Shown here: in pieces, positions 13,261 through 26,555 of the stretch | Layout of the letters: each line of letters begins with the position of its first letter | How positions within the stretch are numbered: the first letter of the stretch is position 1 | NCBI RefSeq assembly: GCF_036321535.1 | Contig: NC_087445.1 | Location: forward strand, 52,328,001 to 52,392,000 | Direction of reading: 5' to 3' | Length of the DNA: 64,000 nt | Source: Camelus dromedarius | Lineage: Eukaryota | Program-made: the position numbers and the translations under genes | Notes under the pieces: generated by a model | Databases searched by the model: none | What the model saw: the letters and a program-made list of their open reading frames with translations, nothing else | What the model was told of the DNA's origin: nothing

Positions 13261-13799
13261 TCCACTGAATTAGATCAGGGAGCTCTGGAAATAAGGATGA
13301 GTTGTTGGAAGGATAAGGGAGTATCCACTTAGAGCGATTTAACAATTTTAGATCATTAGTGGTAAAGGTATTAGTTAAGGAGAAAACATGTAATTTTATC
13401 ACATAGAAGGAAATCTGATGGTGCTTTTTTTTCCCTCCGATACATGTTCTTGCCTGAATGGCCAGCTGGAGAGAACCAAGCATCTCCCACATTCGGAAAA
13501 GATTTTCTCCAAACCTAGTTGGATTGGCCTCCATGCAGTGGATTTCAAGAAATGTAAAGAAAATGCTTTCAGGGAAAATATACTTTGGCTTCAACTTCCT
13601 ACAGTGTCAACTTTCTTCCCACATTTTTGAAACCACTGTATGACTGAGGTGACATTAATCTCCTTTATCACCCTCCAGCTTGCTTTCCAGCAGCATACTT
13701 TTAAGATGTCAGGGAAAAAAAATCAATAAAGATGAGAGTCAATAGAAAGTCTCCTTCTCTCAACTGATCCATTATCCTAAACCCACTACCCTAATACCT

Positions 13800-15200
13800 T
13801 GGTAACTGATGGGATTAACACATTCTACAACCATAGTGTGAGAAATTTCATGAAAGAGCATATATTTAAAGAGGACTTACCCAGGGAAACAAAATCAAGT
13901 TTTAGATACTGTCTACTTTGGATTGATATTAAGGAAAACATGGTGTATGAAATGAATATTATTTTTAATATGAACCATAAGAACGTTTATTAAGGAACTA
14001 AAAAAAGTGAATTTAATAAAAATAATGTGATTAAAGCATTCCAAGTAGTAAAGAAGCAAAGTCATCACTGCAAAAAATGGATCATTAAAACATAGTTGAA
14101 AAAATTACCTAGAATACCAGAGAAAAGCTATAAGATTTTTATAAAAGTTATAATAAAAAAGGTTAGAGAGTAATAAGACGATGATTCAACATACCTATCA
14201 TTTGTGCTCCTAGGGAAGGGATCTTAGAGGGGCAGAAACACGTTACCTAAAAGGGGAAATGAACTTATGATTGTTCTGTTATTAAAATTTTAGAAAAGAG
14301 TAGAACAGTGTTTTGAAGGAAAATAATTTCTACGTTAGAAAGAGTTTTCCTTGAATGTAAAAACAATAAAAATTATCACCCTCACACCTTTCAGGGGTAG
14401 GAAAAAAACTTTTGTAGACACTCTAACAGGGCAAATCAAAATAATACATTTGTAAGTAGATGACTTGATATATAAAAGGACTAACTAGTCATTAGCTTTG
14501 AATCTATTTCAGCCAAAAATTATATCTAAGATGTGTGGCCTTACTGATGTATACAAAGATACCTGTACCAGTAGGTTCACATGCTACTATTTTGTTTTAT
14601 TTTATTATTATTATTTTTTCACATGCTACTGTTATAAGTCATAACAACCTGTTTATCAGTTATATATTCCCCACTATGTCATTATTTGGATTTAACTATA
14701 TGTTTTATAAGATCAGTTGTATACCATGTATTCTCCTGTTTTCATCTTCATTGTGATGTCCCTTTTCTGACTCACTGGCAGTTTGGTTATAGTCTGTTCT
14801 TCAGATACGGTACCTCCCATGTGAGAGTTGATTTTCTGCATTCTTACATCTGTGCAGGTGAATTGTACCTCACCCAGGTGTAAAAGTCCTAGATTGCAGC
14901 CCTTGCTTTTAAAGGTCTGTAGGTATTAGTCCACCAAATACTAGCTTCTAGTGTTTTAGATGGTAAGTCCAGTGCCTTTTCTCTTTATTAGAAATTTCTC
15001 CTTCCTGCTGGAAGAGAGTAGAGATTTATCTATGGAGACAGGATTTTTTTTTTTTTTTTTTTTTTTTTAACTAGGATAGCTGTGCCTGGGTGTGTGTTTT
15101 TTATGGCCAGTCCTGGAGTTCAGTGATCTTTCTCAACTTGAAGCCTCAAAAATTTCTTAAACTCAAGGAAATAAAATTTTATCTGTTAATTGTTTAATTA
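13800..15200. mobile_element. Degraded old L1/HAL1-type fragments in both orientations
   Basis: An A-rich ORF1-like tract (~13800-14530, +) followed by a T-rich antisense tract (~14740-15200). Highly decayed. Confidence 0.45.
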
Positions 15201-15243
15201 TTATTTTTTCCATTTATATGTCACGTTTTCTGGAGAGATCATC

Positions 15244-15702
15244 TGTAGTAGTTTCCAAGAGTTACTGCCACAAATTGCCACAAACTGTGTGGCTTGAAGC
15301 AATGGAAATTTATTCTCTAACAGTTCCGGAGACTAGAAATCCAAAATCAAGGTGTCAGCGAGGCCATGCTCCCTCTTTAGTCTCTAGAGAAGAATCTTTC
15401 CTTGCCTTTTCCGGCTTCTGACGGTTGCCAGCAGTCCTCGATGTTTTTTGGCCTGTGGCAGCATGACTCCAGTTTGTCTCCTTATTCACGTGGCCTTCTT
15501 CCTTGTGTCTCCTCCGTGTTTTCAAATCTCTCACTCCCTACAAGGACACCAGTCCCTGATTCACAGCCCACTTTAATATGGTGTGACCTCGCCTTACCTT
15601 GACTGCATCTATAAAGACGTTATTTCTACATAAGGTCACATTCACAGGTATGGGGTTAGGACGTCACCATATCTTTCTGGGGGACACACTTCAACCGCGG
15701 TA
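15244..15702 (-). mobile_element. MaLR solo LTR (MLT1C-like)
   Basis: Exact 5-bp TSD TCATC at 15239-15243 and 15703-15707. MLT1 motifs gaaatttattctctaacagttccggag and aaggtcacattcacagg. Confidence 0.9.
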
Positions 15703-16319
15703 TCATCCAAGTCTCTAACCTCATGATATCCATCTCTTAAGGAGACACTTCTTATATTTTATTTTCAAGGACACATATTTCAACAGCTAACATCACCTCT
15801 AATTAATCTATTACATTTTAACATGAAAAATTCTTTTAGTTGATAAAAATACTTTTATTTTGCATTCTAATCAAATCTCTAAGTGCTTTTAATGCTTTTT
15901 TTGCTAGAAGCGGCCTGTTCTGGGTGTTCTGCTTGACATACCCCTCTCTGGATGGCTGAAGCTTTATAGATGTGTCTTTTCCTTCATCTGCTCATGTCTC
16001 ATCTTTTGCGTATGAGGTTGCTGGCCTGTCTTACGTGGGATCTACCTTATATAGAGGCAGAAATTGCAACAGTCTGATGCCCTGATGGCCAGTGATGTTA
16101 ACAGGTGATGATTGTCAATCTCCCATTTGGGTCCCAAAGGGAAAGCTTATCTGCTGCTCTTGTCTCTTCAGTTGGAATATCCATGGCAGGGGTCTTCCAT
16201 CTGCCTGCACTTGGGAATTACCTCACGAGGAATTCCTAATTAGGCATTGGTATGCCTAGTCCCCATCCCTGGCTAATTTGCTCTGGATTTCTAGTTCTTG
16301 GGCTAGAAGCAACGTGCAT

Positions 16320-16615
16320 TACACTTCATGTAAATATAAGTCCCTGGGCATTTTGTTGAAATGCAGATTCTGGTTCAGGAAGTCTGGAGTAAGACCTGAT
16401 TCACCATTTCTTACAAATTCCCAGGTACTGCTGCTGCCAAAAGTAGCAAGAGCACTGGTTCTCAAACTTGGCTGTGCATTTGACAAACATCAAAAATACT
16501 TACAGTTCTGTCCCATTCCCAGAGATTCTGATTTAATCGATACGGAATGTGGCCTGGGCAGTGGAATTTTTAAAAGCTCTCCAGGTGCTTCCCATTCAGA
16601 GAACCAGCATGCTCG
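16320..16615. mobile_element. Two adjacent MER5-type (hAT-Charlie) non-autonomous elements
   Basis: aaatgcagattctgg...caaattcccagg (~16320-16440) and cactggttctcaaacttggctgtgcatt...cagagattctgattt (~16453-16615). Confidence 0.75.
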
Positions 16616-17881
16616 AGCTTTTCTAGCATCGTGGCCAAGGTCAACTCAGTTGCTCTGTTTAGTTTCCCTGCAGTTCTTCAAGAATTTCTCTTCCTCTCAG
16701 GGATCCTTGGTTGACAGAGGACCAGTATCCGTCCAGGTTGCAAGGTGTTGTGTTCCATGTCCATGGGCTTTTTGCTGCCATCCTTGGCTCACCTCCATCC
16801 TGAGGGGAAGAGGCTGTAGGTCTGTTCTCTCCATCTGGACCTCACCAGAGCCCAAGAGCTTATTTATGATCTCCAGGCCTGTTTGACAGCTTCTGCACTC
16901 ATGAGGCTGAGAGTTGGATTGGACCTGGGCTGGCATGACAGTAGGGATATGTTTAAGGGGTTCTCTTCTCCAAATCCAAATCTTTAATTTTCAAGAGTTC
17001 TTTCTTATTCTCTGATTTGTCTTTGCTTTTATAATATAGTGTTTTGTTTTAGAGAAGTGATATATTCTTAAATGTCATTGAGGACTCTGACTCAAAGGTC
17101 TTTCTTTGTCATTTTCTTATTTTTCTTACTTTTTCTTAAGGTTATTTTCATTTGTTGCTTGTTTGTTTTTAAATTTTAGTATTTCTCTTGCATGCTGCAG
17201 CCTTCCCTCAAATGTCTCACTTGCCCATGTTTAGAATTGGTCAATATTAAGTCTGACTGCATGATCTATGCTGGTATTTAATGTTTATTGATGCCAAGCT
17301 TTTTTTTAGGGCAAGAGATGAAAACTGGTTATTGGGTTAGGGCACACCTACATAATAGAATGAGGAAGTGCTTCTCGTATATCCCTCACACCAGCCTTAG
17401 CAGCGTTAGTTTTTTCTGGATGGTTGTTTGGTGTTGAGTATAAAGCTCAGGCTACTAGAGGCAAGCAAAGGAGGGGGACCAATAATTTCACAATTTCTGT
17501 ACATAGACCTTCATCTACCATCCATTTTAAATCCATCTTTTTACTATTCCTTCCTCTTGTCATACTTCCCTTTTACTTATTGTACTTGATGAGTGGACCA
17601 ACTTCTTCCTTTCCTAAGGCTTATACCACATGGGTTCTAGGCTGTGACTTCCTGTGATATGCCTCATCTACCAGTATTCTTCCACTTACCTCCCACTGTT
17701 TATTGCTGGCTCTTCTTTAATTTGTTGTAGATTTATATCTTTTAAACATTCCCTCACTGTCATAAAAGAGTCTGAAGAGGGTGAGGAAGATCTGCCCTCT
17801 TGCATCAGAAATGGTACAGCCGTATTTTAATAGATGCACAATATGCTATTTTGGTGATGCACTATGTTTTATTTATTTAAT

Positions 17882-18468
17882 TGTTACTGGACAGTAGGTT
17901 CTCGTCATGTCACAGAAAGTATTCACAGATGAGACATGAAGGTCAAGGAAGTAAAGTGAGGATTTATTAAGTGATAGTAAGCTCTCAAGGGGAGAGTGGG
18001 CCTACTTAGGTGAGTAGCTGCACTGGGTTTCTTTGGCAAGCTGGTTATATGGGGTCTAAAAATGGGTGGAATATTCATTGGGGAAGGAGGGGTCATATTT
18101 CCTGATTTTCGTCCCAGGTCCACCTTCCCAAGGAGAGGAGAGATTTTTGTCCTTATTTAGTCTTGATCGGAAGTGTCATGGCATTGGTACATGATGGGTA
18201 CTTCTTATCTGCAAGGCTAATTTTATTGTAATGAGGGCGTAATGAGCAAAAGGTTACATTCAGACACTGGAGATTCCTGCCTAACCCACCTTTCTTTGTC
18301 TCCAGGGCACTTGTCAGCCCAAAATGTGTGGTTTCCTATTAGTCCTGAGGTTCCTGGTTTTCTTTGTCTGCCCAAGGATCCCTGTTGTTTACAAGATATA
18401 TCATTTCCTGCCATTAGGCCTGTGGCCCCCTTTCTCTGCTCATATCTAGCTGTCTGCCTCCTCTGACA
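17882..18468 (-). mobile_element. ERV1-class solo LTR, MER41-like
   Basis: TG...CA termini and an exact 4-bp TSD TAAT (17878-17881, 18469-18472). The minus strand starts TGTCAGAGG and ends AGTAACA, as in MER41. TATA-like ATATAA at 18045-18050 and AATAAA at 17963-17968 on the minus strand. Confidence 0.9.
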
Positions 18469-18967
18469 TAATGAGTGTTCTGTAGTTGGAACTGAATTTC
18501 CCCCAAATTTGTATTGCTATAAACAATGGCAGAATGAACAACCATAGAATAAGACCTTGGTCCAAACACTTTGTAGATAAAATCCTACAAATAAAATTGT
18601 AGGTTAATTTATGTACCTTAAAATAATGTGCTAAATTATGCCCACATCCTCTCAATAAAGATTACTTCAGTTTATGGTGCCCATTCTCCAGTGGTCTCTT
18701 CAACAAAGGGTAAAATAATTATATCTTTAATCTTTCTTAGTTGTTAAGGTAAAGATTTTATCTCATTTTCATATTATCTCTTTGAGGAGACTAACTACCA
18801 TACATAAATAGCATTCCCCTGTGCAAACTACTTACTGTAATTTTATCTTATATCATTTTCATAGCAGTTAACTAACCTGGATTTATTAGTTCCTTCTACT
18901 CCTTTTTAAGCTCCATGAGATCAAGGGCATTGTCTTTGCTGCTATACTTCTGAATTTAGGAAACTCT

Positions 18968-19110
18968 GCATGTTCACGTGGTCTTCCCACTGTGTATTTG
19001 TATATTTGTGTTCTAACGACCTCTTAGATTCGAAGACACCAGTCATATTGGATTAGGTCACCAATAACCTCATTTTAATTACTTCTCTAAAGACCCTGTC
19101 TCCTAAATTA
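18968..19110 (-). mobile_element. MaLR LTR fragment (MLT1)
   Basis: gacaccagtcatattggattagg...taattacttctctaaagaccctgtctcc, homologous to 20455-20530. Confidence 0.75.
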
Positions 19111-20223
19111 CTGTTCACTGTAAGTATTTTCTTGGTAAAAATATGGGGTAAAGCATATTTTTGAAAGCATTTTTTAGTAGACAGTATAGTCTATTTTAAA
19201 TTACTCAATTTGAGTAGTTAACGTTTGCTCTAATTTTTATAGCAAAACAACTGGACCTTACAAATGTATATAGTGATGAATACAACCCAAGCAACAGAGG
19301 GTTTATAAAGTAAGGGACCTTCCTTTTATGTCCATAAAAGTGTAGGGAACCTTCTGGTAATTGTTGCATGTATCCCAGATTTTATTCTGATTTTATTGTA
19401 AGAGTATCTATGCTTGACTACTTTTTGTCTTTATTTTAAGCTCTTTAACCCCATACTGATCCTAGGACTTCTTTTCCTGTGATTTTAACAGTAGGAAATA
19501 GAACTACCAAATCCATACAGATGTTGGAGAACCAGCCTTGCAGACAGCTGGAAGAAACAGGTGTACAGAAATCCAGGGACTATTAACATATCTAATTGAG
19601 TAAGTGTTGGTAGTTACAAAAGTAATTAAGAATAAAAGAAGGCCTTGTGAAGCTCCTAACAAAAACATTGCTGGTAATCACTGCCAACTTAAAACTCATT
19701 TTGTGAAGCTTTCTGAAAAAAATGGGAGTATTTTATATTGAGTATTACCTTTTGTCTTGTAATTTACATAGGTATCTTTAATGAACAGCTCGTTTATAGT
19801 TCCACTGAGTCTTTCCTGTGCGTGTTGCAGGCATCTTTGAAACAGCAGTATCAGCAGTTTGGAGTTGGCAGGCTTCCTCTTGAATATTTATAGAAGGATT
19901 TTAAAAGTATGCTTACCAATTTTCTTTAAGCTGTGTTTTTTTTTTTTAACTGCCATGTTTTCTCCTCTACTAGAAACATACTTCCTTAAGAATAAGAAAA
20001 TGAGACGTTTTCCACCGTGGCTTCCTTGTTAGGATTTTCAGATTGAATCCTGTGAATGGTTCCATATAACATTTTATGACTGTTTTTATAATTAGGACAG
20101 AAGAGCATGAGTCGTATAAAGAAAACACACAAAGGAAATCATTCAGATAGAAAATAAGTCACTGGTGATACAGCCCCATAGAGAACATGAGCTGCATACA
20201 TGGTGGGATGATCTCTTACCCGG

Positions 20224-20609
20224 AGTGTTAGTTTGCTACGGCTTCCATGGAATGCCACCAGCAGCTGGGTGGCTTAAACAACAAAAATTCATTTTCTTAC
20301 AGTTCTGGAGGCTAGAAGTTTGAGATCAAGATGTTGGCAGTGTTGTTTCTTTTAAGACCTCTCTAGCTTGCAGATGGCTGTCTTTCTTGTGTCCCTACAT
20401 GGTCTTTCTTCTGTGTATAAACATGTCTCTGTCTTTATTTCCTCTTCTTATGAAGACCTTGTCATATTGGATTAGGCCCACCCTGTGGCCTCATTATAGT
20501 TTAATTACCTCTCTAAGGACCCTATCTCCTGACACAGTCACATTCTTTGGTACGAGGAGTTAGGACTGCTACATATGAATTTTGGGGAGACACAATTCAG
20601 CCCATAACC
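20224..20609 (-). mobile_element. MaLR solo LTR (MLT1A/B-like)
   Basis: ggtggcttaaacaacaaaaattcattttcttacagttctggaggctagaag...ggagacacaattcagcccataac. Confidence 0.85.
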
Positions 20610-20614
20610 AGGCT

Positions 20615-20965
20615 TTTTAAAATGTGTGATTTGTATGCGTGACTTTAATACCTTTACTGAGGTACAGCTGACACATAGTGACTGCAAGTAAGTAATGTAT
20701 ATAATGTTACAAGTCTTGACATAGCATATAGTCATGAAACTTTTGCCACAAAAATCAAGATGGTAAACTTACTCATCATCCTCAAACGTTTCTTTGTGCC
20801 CCTATAGTCTTCCTCTCCCTCTCTTTCCTGCTCTGCTCCCATCCCCAGACAACCAACCATCTATTATATATGTTTGCGTTTCCTAGTATGTTATAAAACG
20901 GAAACATGTAGTATATACTTTTTGTCTAGCTTTGTTCACTTATAATTATTTTGATATTTATTCAT
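20615..20965 (-). mobile_element. L1M 3' UTR fragment
   Basis: Antisense L1MB/MC-type 3' end pattern (aaacttactcatcatcctcaaacgtttctttgtgccc...ccccagacaacc). Confidence 0.7.
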
Positions 20966-21479
20966 TGTACTGATTGTACTGTGTATCACTGCATCTGGAG
21001 TAGTACCTGGCACATGGCAGGTGCTCTGTTAATTCAATGAATAAATAAAAGTATGAATCAATGAGTTTTAGAAGATTAAGGAGAAGGGACATTGTATGCA
21101 ATTGAATGACACATAATTATGGTGTTTTCTCTGAAGAATTTTATAGAGGTATGACTACGTGAACCAGGTTTGTAGTTTAGACAATATCTCTGGTGCCATT
21201 TGAAGGACGAATTTGTGGCAGGAAAAGCCTAAAAGCAAGGAATCAGTAATGAAAAATTCTTATATATTGGTTCCTATATGTTGGGTTTCCACAGAGTCAT
21301 TCATGTTAAAATATCCAGAAAAAAATGTGAACCAGTAAGAAGAATTATGTGTGTGTGTCGGGGTGGGGGGTAGGGGGGATGGTTAAGAGGGTAAGTGGGA
21401 AAACTAGGATAAAGAAAATAATTTCCTAAATCTGTTTGTAAAGTTGCTGAACAACCTTATAAATATGTCATGATTCAGA

Positions 21480-22620
21480 GGAAAGAAAATGGGTTTCAGA
21501 AACAAAGAACTGCGGTCCCAAACGCTAACTCTGTCGTAACCGTTAAGACTTCAAGCAAGTCAAAGATTGCCTGTGTGCCATTTCCTCATGTTTTTAGAAT
21601 CTTTTGTTGCTTGCATTTTCAAATTTCACAGTGATGGACCTAGATGTGGTTCTTTATTTCCTGTGCCAGGATTTTCATCTTGAAGACTGACACTGAGGAA
21701 GTCCTGCCCATTATTTATTTGGTAATTTTTTATTTTCTATGCTCTCATTAATATGTTCTTGGAAATCTTATTACTTGGGTAGAGGTACTGATACTTTTGG
21801 TTTGCTGTGTCTTTATATTCAGTCTTATATTCTTCATTTCTTTTCACTCTTGGTGAGGTTTTTAAAATTTTGTTTCCCCTCTTGATTATTGAAAAAAGTT
21901 ATTTTGTTAATCTTATTTTATAATTTCCCAAGAGCTTTTTCTGGTTTCTTTTCTTGTTATTTTTCCACAGCGTCCTGTTTATGATTTATGGATATCATAT
22001 TATCTGAGCTATTTCGTAGAATACTAATTATGTATTTTAAACTTCTTTCTTCTTCCTGATTTATCTCTGTTTACTCTAGGGTCATCCTCTCCCTTTTTGT
22101 TTGATTTCACCTTTCTTTTTCATGTCATAATTTTTTTCCCTCAAAAGACTCAGTTGATTCTCAGTTGTCTATTTCTTTTTAATAACAAAATTCTCCCTAA
22201 ATACTGCATTTAATTTCTTTCAAATGAACTCTGTGTTCATCCCCTTTTCTTGACTGGGGGTAAATGACTGCCTACAGGCTATTATCTGTGACTATCTATG
22301 TTATCCTGGTGAGCAGGGATTAAAAATGATAAAATGATAGTTCTGTATGTGGAGTGTCTGTTAATCTACTTTTCAGTCCCATTTCTAACTCCTACTCTAC
22401 ATTGTATTGAGAATTTCAAGATAATCTCTCTCAGGATTTGTTGGTTAAATAAATGGCTTCTTTGCTGCATGCTCTTCACATTTTTGATGCTGCAGCCCTT
22501 TCCCTGTGCTTCATTAGTTAATATTCCAATATCTATTTTTCAGACACTTGCTGAAATCTGCATTTCACTAATGATCCTTTTCTTTTCTTTTTAATGTTGT
22601 TGTTGTGGGTTTATAACTTT
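21480..22620. mobile_element. MIR fragment (~21480-21585, +) followed by degraded antisense L1-type sequence
   Basis: MIR core ttcaagcaagtc...ccatttcctc, then T-rich decayed L1-like sequence. Confidence 0.45.
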
Positions 22621-23229
22621 TTAAAAAATTCCTGTTTTAGTCTTCTATTATCATTTTACGATCTTGGCGTCATCTCAGTTTACCATCTTGAAGTTTGTGA
22701 AGAGAAACGATACTTCCAACTTAAAATTATTCTGAAGATTAAATGATATGTGAAGTTTCTTAAGTCACATATTAAATTCCAATTTCTCATCGCATAAGAA
22801 TGTTCCAACAAATGTTCTGCTTGCTAACACCCCAGTACAACTTTTTAGCCTAATATTCAATTTTGAACTTTTTTCACAGGAGACCAATATACTTCTTGAC
22901 TATTCAGAGAATGATTCTACAGGTTATGGATATTTTAGGAGGCTGATTCGGGTTCTGTTTTTCTTCCTGATATATCCTGCCTTCTAGAGAGTACTCTGCT
23001 TTCTAGCATTTTTTCCCCTAAAATATGTATTTGCCAAGAGAGATATAAGGTGTGGCTTTTGGGAAAAAAAATAGTTAAATCTTTTACCAAACTTAAGTGC
23101 AAGTATTGATAATTCAGCCAGGAAATGTTTACTCAGTTCTCAATGCAGAATGCTAAGAGTCATTGACAATATTATACTGTACACCCAGCAGGAGGTTAGA
23201 ATCTCATTGGGTAGAGAGGGCAGAAACAT

Positions 23230-23458
23230 GGAAGGACCTGGATTCTGTTGACAACGTGAATAAGTTTGCAAGTGTTCTACCGAGAACCCTGATAAGAGCT
23301 CAGGGGATCAACACTTTGACCTGTGAGATATGAAGGAGAGGACCACGCTGGGCCCACCCATACGTTTGACCTACAGAACTGTGAGATAATAAATGGATAT
23401 TGTTCTGAGTTGCTCAAGTTTGTGGTAGTTAGTTGTTCGACTATAAAAAACAATTACA
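23230..23458 (+). mobile_element. MaLR LTR 3' part (MLT1)
   Basis: gacctacagaactgtgagataataaatgg...agtttgtggtagttagttgtt...aaaaacaattaca is a typical MLT1 U5 end. Confidence 0.8.
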
Positions 23459-23689
23459 GGAAGATTGGAAGAGGATGGGACAGCAATCAGGCAGACCAAA
23501 TTATTTGTGCATCTCCTCTGCACTTGTTCACTCACTAAGCAAAGGTGATGTGCTTTGAAAAGTCCTTAGTAATTAAAAAGCAGTAGTTGAGTATTTTATT
23601 ATATTCTCAACACCCATAAAACCTCACTCTTGTAGTCAATGATTAAGTGCATTAGATCTATGCATAATGGTATGGTAGATTTATTTTTG

Positions 23690-24330
23690 TCCAAGGTATT
23701 TACTGCCTGCCCCTGTGAGGTCATTTTTCTTTGCTCCATTGATACAAGACAAGCCCTTATAACTGTTTTGGACAGTGAAATATAAGCAGAAATGGAGCAT
23801 ACCTCTTTTCATCAGAAACTTTAAGAGCCATGGTTCTGCCAGTCCTTCCTTTCCTTTTGCCACAGACCTGGATGTGTGGACTGGGCTTCCCCTGTAGCCA
23901 GGGTCCTGGAGCATAGGTGCTGTGAAGCAGGACTAGAGCTAACCTGGGATAGCCATGAAAGATGAACAAGGAATCGGTGTTCATTGTAAGCCAATACGAA
24001 GTTTGCATCACTTTTTGCCACAGTGTGACTTGCCTAAACTGACTGAGTCAGTTCTTAAAACACCAAGTAGAGACCTGCTATAATAAAAACTGAAAATATG
24101 TAATATTAGCTTTAAGGTGAGCAATGATTGGTGAAGAATTTATTATAGGAAGCTAGAAAGATGGAGCCCAAGTTATGCAGTGATGAGATATTTGATATAA
24201 AATCTGCTGTAATAGTGTGGAGGGTAGATAAAGTACCAGATGACCTCATGGCTTTAGGTAGAGATGGAAGAAATAGAATATCCATAGTGCTTCCTGGTTA
24301 TTGTGGCTGAATTTAACAGATCATTAACAG
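23690..24330 (+). mobile_element. Old MaLR LTR (MLT1J/K-like) plus the start of its internal region
   Basis: LTR end tgtaagcca...gcctaaactgactga, followed by MLT-int-like ataaaaactgaaaatatgt...ttataggaagctagaaagatggagcccaagttatgcagtg. Confidence 0.65.
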
Positions 24331-24469
24331 TGATTTTTAAGCCGGATTGTAAAATATTCAACTATGAATAAAAGGCTGATTAAAACTCAAATTTTTGATA
24401 AGGACCCAAGCATGTATATGGCTTTCCTATTCTTTGTTTTATTTTGTGTCTATGTGGATATTGATATCA

Positions 24470-25474
24470 GTATCTATATCAATAGCTATAGCTTTAGCTA
24501 TGTTTTTTGGTGAGAACTATTAAGATCTCAGCAAATTTCAAGGATATAATACATTACTATTAACTGTAGTCACCCTGCTGTACATTAGATCTCTAGAACT
24601 TAACTTATCTTGGATATCTTGTGCTTTGCATCCTTTGACCAGTATCTTCCTATTTTCCCCAGCCCTCATCTACTGGTAACCACTTTTCTACTCTTTGCTT
24701 GTAATAGTTCAACTTTGTTTAGATTCCATACATAAGTGAAATTAAGTAGTATTTGTCTTTCTATGCCTAGCTTATTTCTGTGCCTGGCTTTCTATGTCAC
24801 TTAGCATAATGTCTTCCAGTCTCACTTCTGTTCTTAGAAATGACAAGATTTCCCTCTTTTCTAAGGCTGAATGTTACTCCATTCTATGTTGTTACCACAT
24901 TTTCTTTATCCATTTATCTGTTGATAGACGCTTATCAATCATCTATGATTGGTTCCATATCTTAACTATGGCAAATAATGCAGCAACGTACATGGGGGTG
25001 CAGATCTCTCTTTAAGAGTAATTTTTGTTTCCAGGATTGCTAGATCATGTGGTAGTTCCATTTTTAATTTTTTGAGGAAACTCCACATTGTTTTTAATAA
25101 TGGTTATACCAATTTATATTTTCACCGGCAGTGCGTAAGTGTCCTCTTTTCTTCACATCCGCATCAGCACTTGTTATTTCTTGTCTTTTTGATAATCAAC
25201 ATTCTAACAGGTGTGAGGAAATAACTCATTGTAGTTCTGACTTGCATTTCCCTGATGATTAGTGATGCTGAGCATTTTTTCATATACCTGGTGGCCATCT
25301 GTGTATCTTCTTTTCAGAATGTTAATTCATGTCTTTTGCTTATTTAAAAATTGGGTTGTTTTCTGACTGTTGAGTTCTTTGAATTCCTTATATACTTTGT
25401 ATATTAACCCCTTATCAGATATATGGATTATAGTAGTTTCTCCTAATCTATAGGGTGTCTCTTCACTCTAGAGA
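24470..25474 (-). mobile_element. L1MA-type 3' end (truncated by gap)
   Basis: ttaactgtagtcaccctgctgtacattagatctctagaact and ttgcatttccctgatgattagtgatgctgagcatttttt. Confidence 0.9.
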
Positions 25475-25707
25475 NNNNNNNNNNNNNNNNNNNNNNNNNN
25501 NNNNNNNNNNNNNNNNNNNNNNNNNNNNNNNNNNNNNNNNNNNNNNNNNNNNNNNNNNNNNNNNNNNNNNNNNNNNNNNNNNNNNNNNNNNNNNNNNNNN
25601 NNNNNNNNNNNNNNNNNNNNNNNNNNNNNNNNNNNNNNNNNNNNNNNNNNNNNNNNNNNNNNNNNNNNNNNNNNNNNNNNNNNNNNNNNNNNNNNNNNNN
25701 NNNNNNN
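25475..25707. other. Assembly gap (233 N)
   Basis: Run of N abutting an L1. Confidence 1.
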
Positions 25708-26555
25708 ATTTCGTTATTCTGCTGAGCAATAGGTGGCTTTTTCATTGAAAAAGTGTATTTTCTTTTTTTTTTTTTTTTTTTTTATGAGAGCTAATGAAAC
25801 TGACCTTAGGCATATTTCCTAGTAAAGAATATGAAATGGATGAAATGATCTCTGGGGTATTTAGAACATATGTTGGAAAAGGTAAAATACTATTTCAATA
25901 CGTCAGGAAGTTGAAAAAATTAAGAGAATGAAGCAGCACCTAGGAAATAGAGTGCCTGATTTTTATTACTAGGTAGTACTTTTCATATATTTCTGTGTGA
26001 AAGAGATTACCGACCAACTGCAGTTAGCACCTAGGATGGTACTTAACTGAAATCATGGTTCTGTTCTTAATGCTGAAAGAGAATAGTCTCAAAGATCTGA
26101 GTGAACTTTTATAAAACATAAATTTCATCTTTTCAAAGGACAAAAAAGAAAGAAAAAACTAGTTTTTCTCTCATATAAGAAAGTTGCCCTTATATCAGTG
26201 CAGTGAACTTAAATTTTGCATAAAATAAGATAAGTTGAACCCCATGCATATAGTATTCAGTAGCACTTTGAACAGGCACACAGTTGATGGGTTTTGAGGA
26301 ACCTCAAAACATACTACATAGCAAATATACATTACATATGTATGTAACTACTCAGAGTCATCCAAACTGTGAGGTTTGAGGACATAGTCCATAGACTGCC
26401 CTTGCTTCTGACAGCAACTGCAAGTTTGGAGCATTCCCCAAACCACCCTTAGGTTAGATAACTTTCTAGGAGAACTCAGAATTCAATGAAATCTGTTACA
26501 TTCACAGTTGAGTTTTATTACAGGAAAAGATACAGATAAAACTCAGCCAAAGAAA

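Noticed and set aside
16278-16886. Longest ORF (202 aa, non-ATG start)
   Set aside because: It runs through two MER5 elements and has no recognisable domain.
22880-22922. Plus-strand exon-like segment ETNILLDYSENDST
   Set aside because: Non-consensus donor (gttatg) and no homology recognised.
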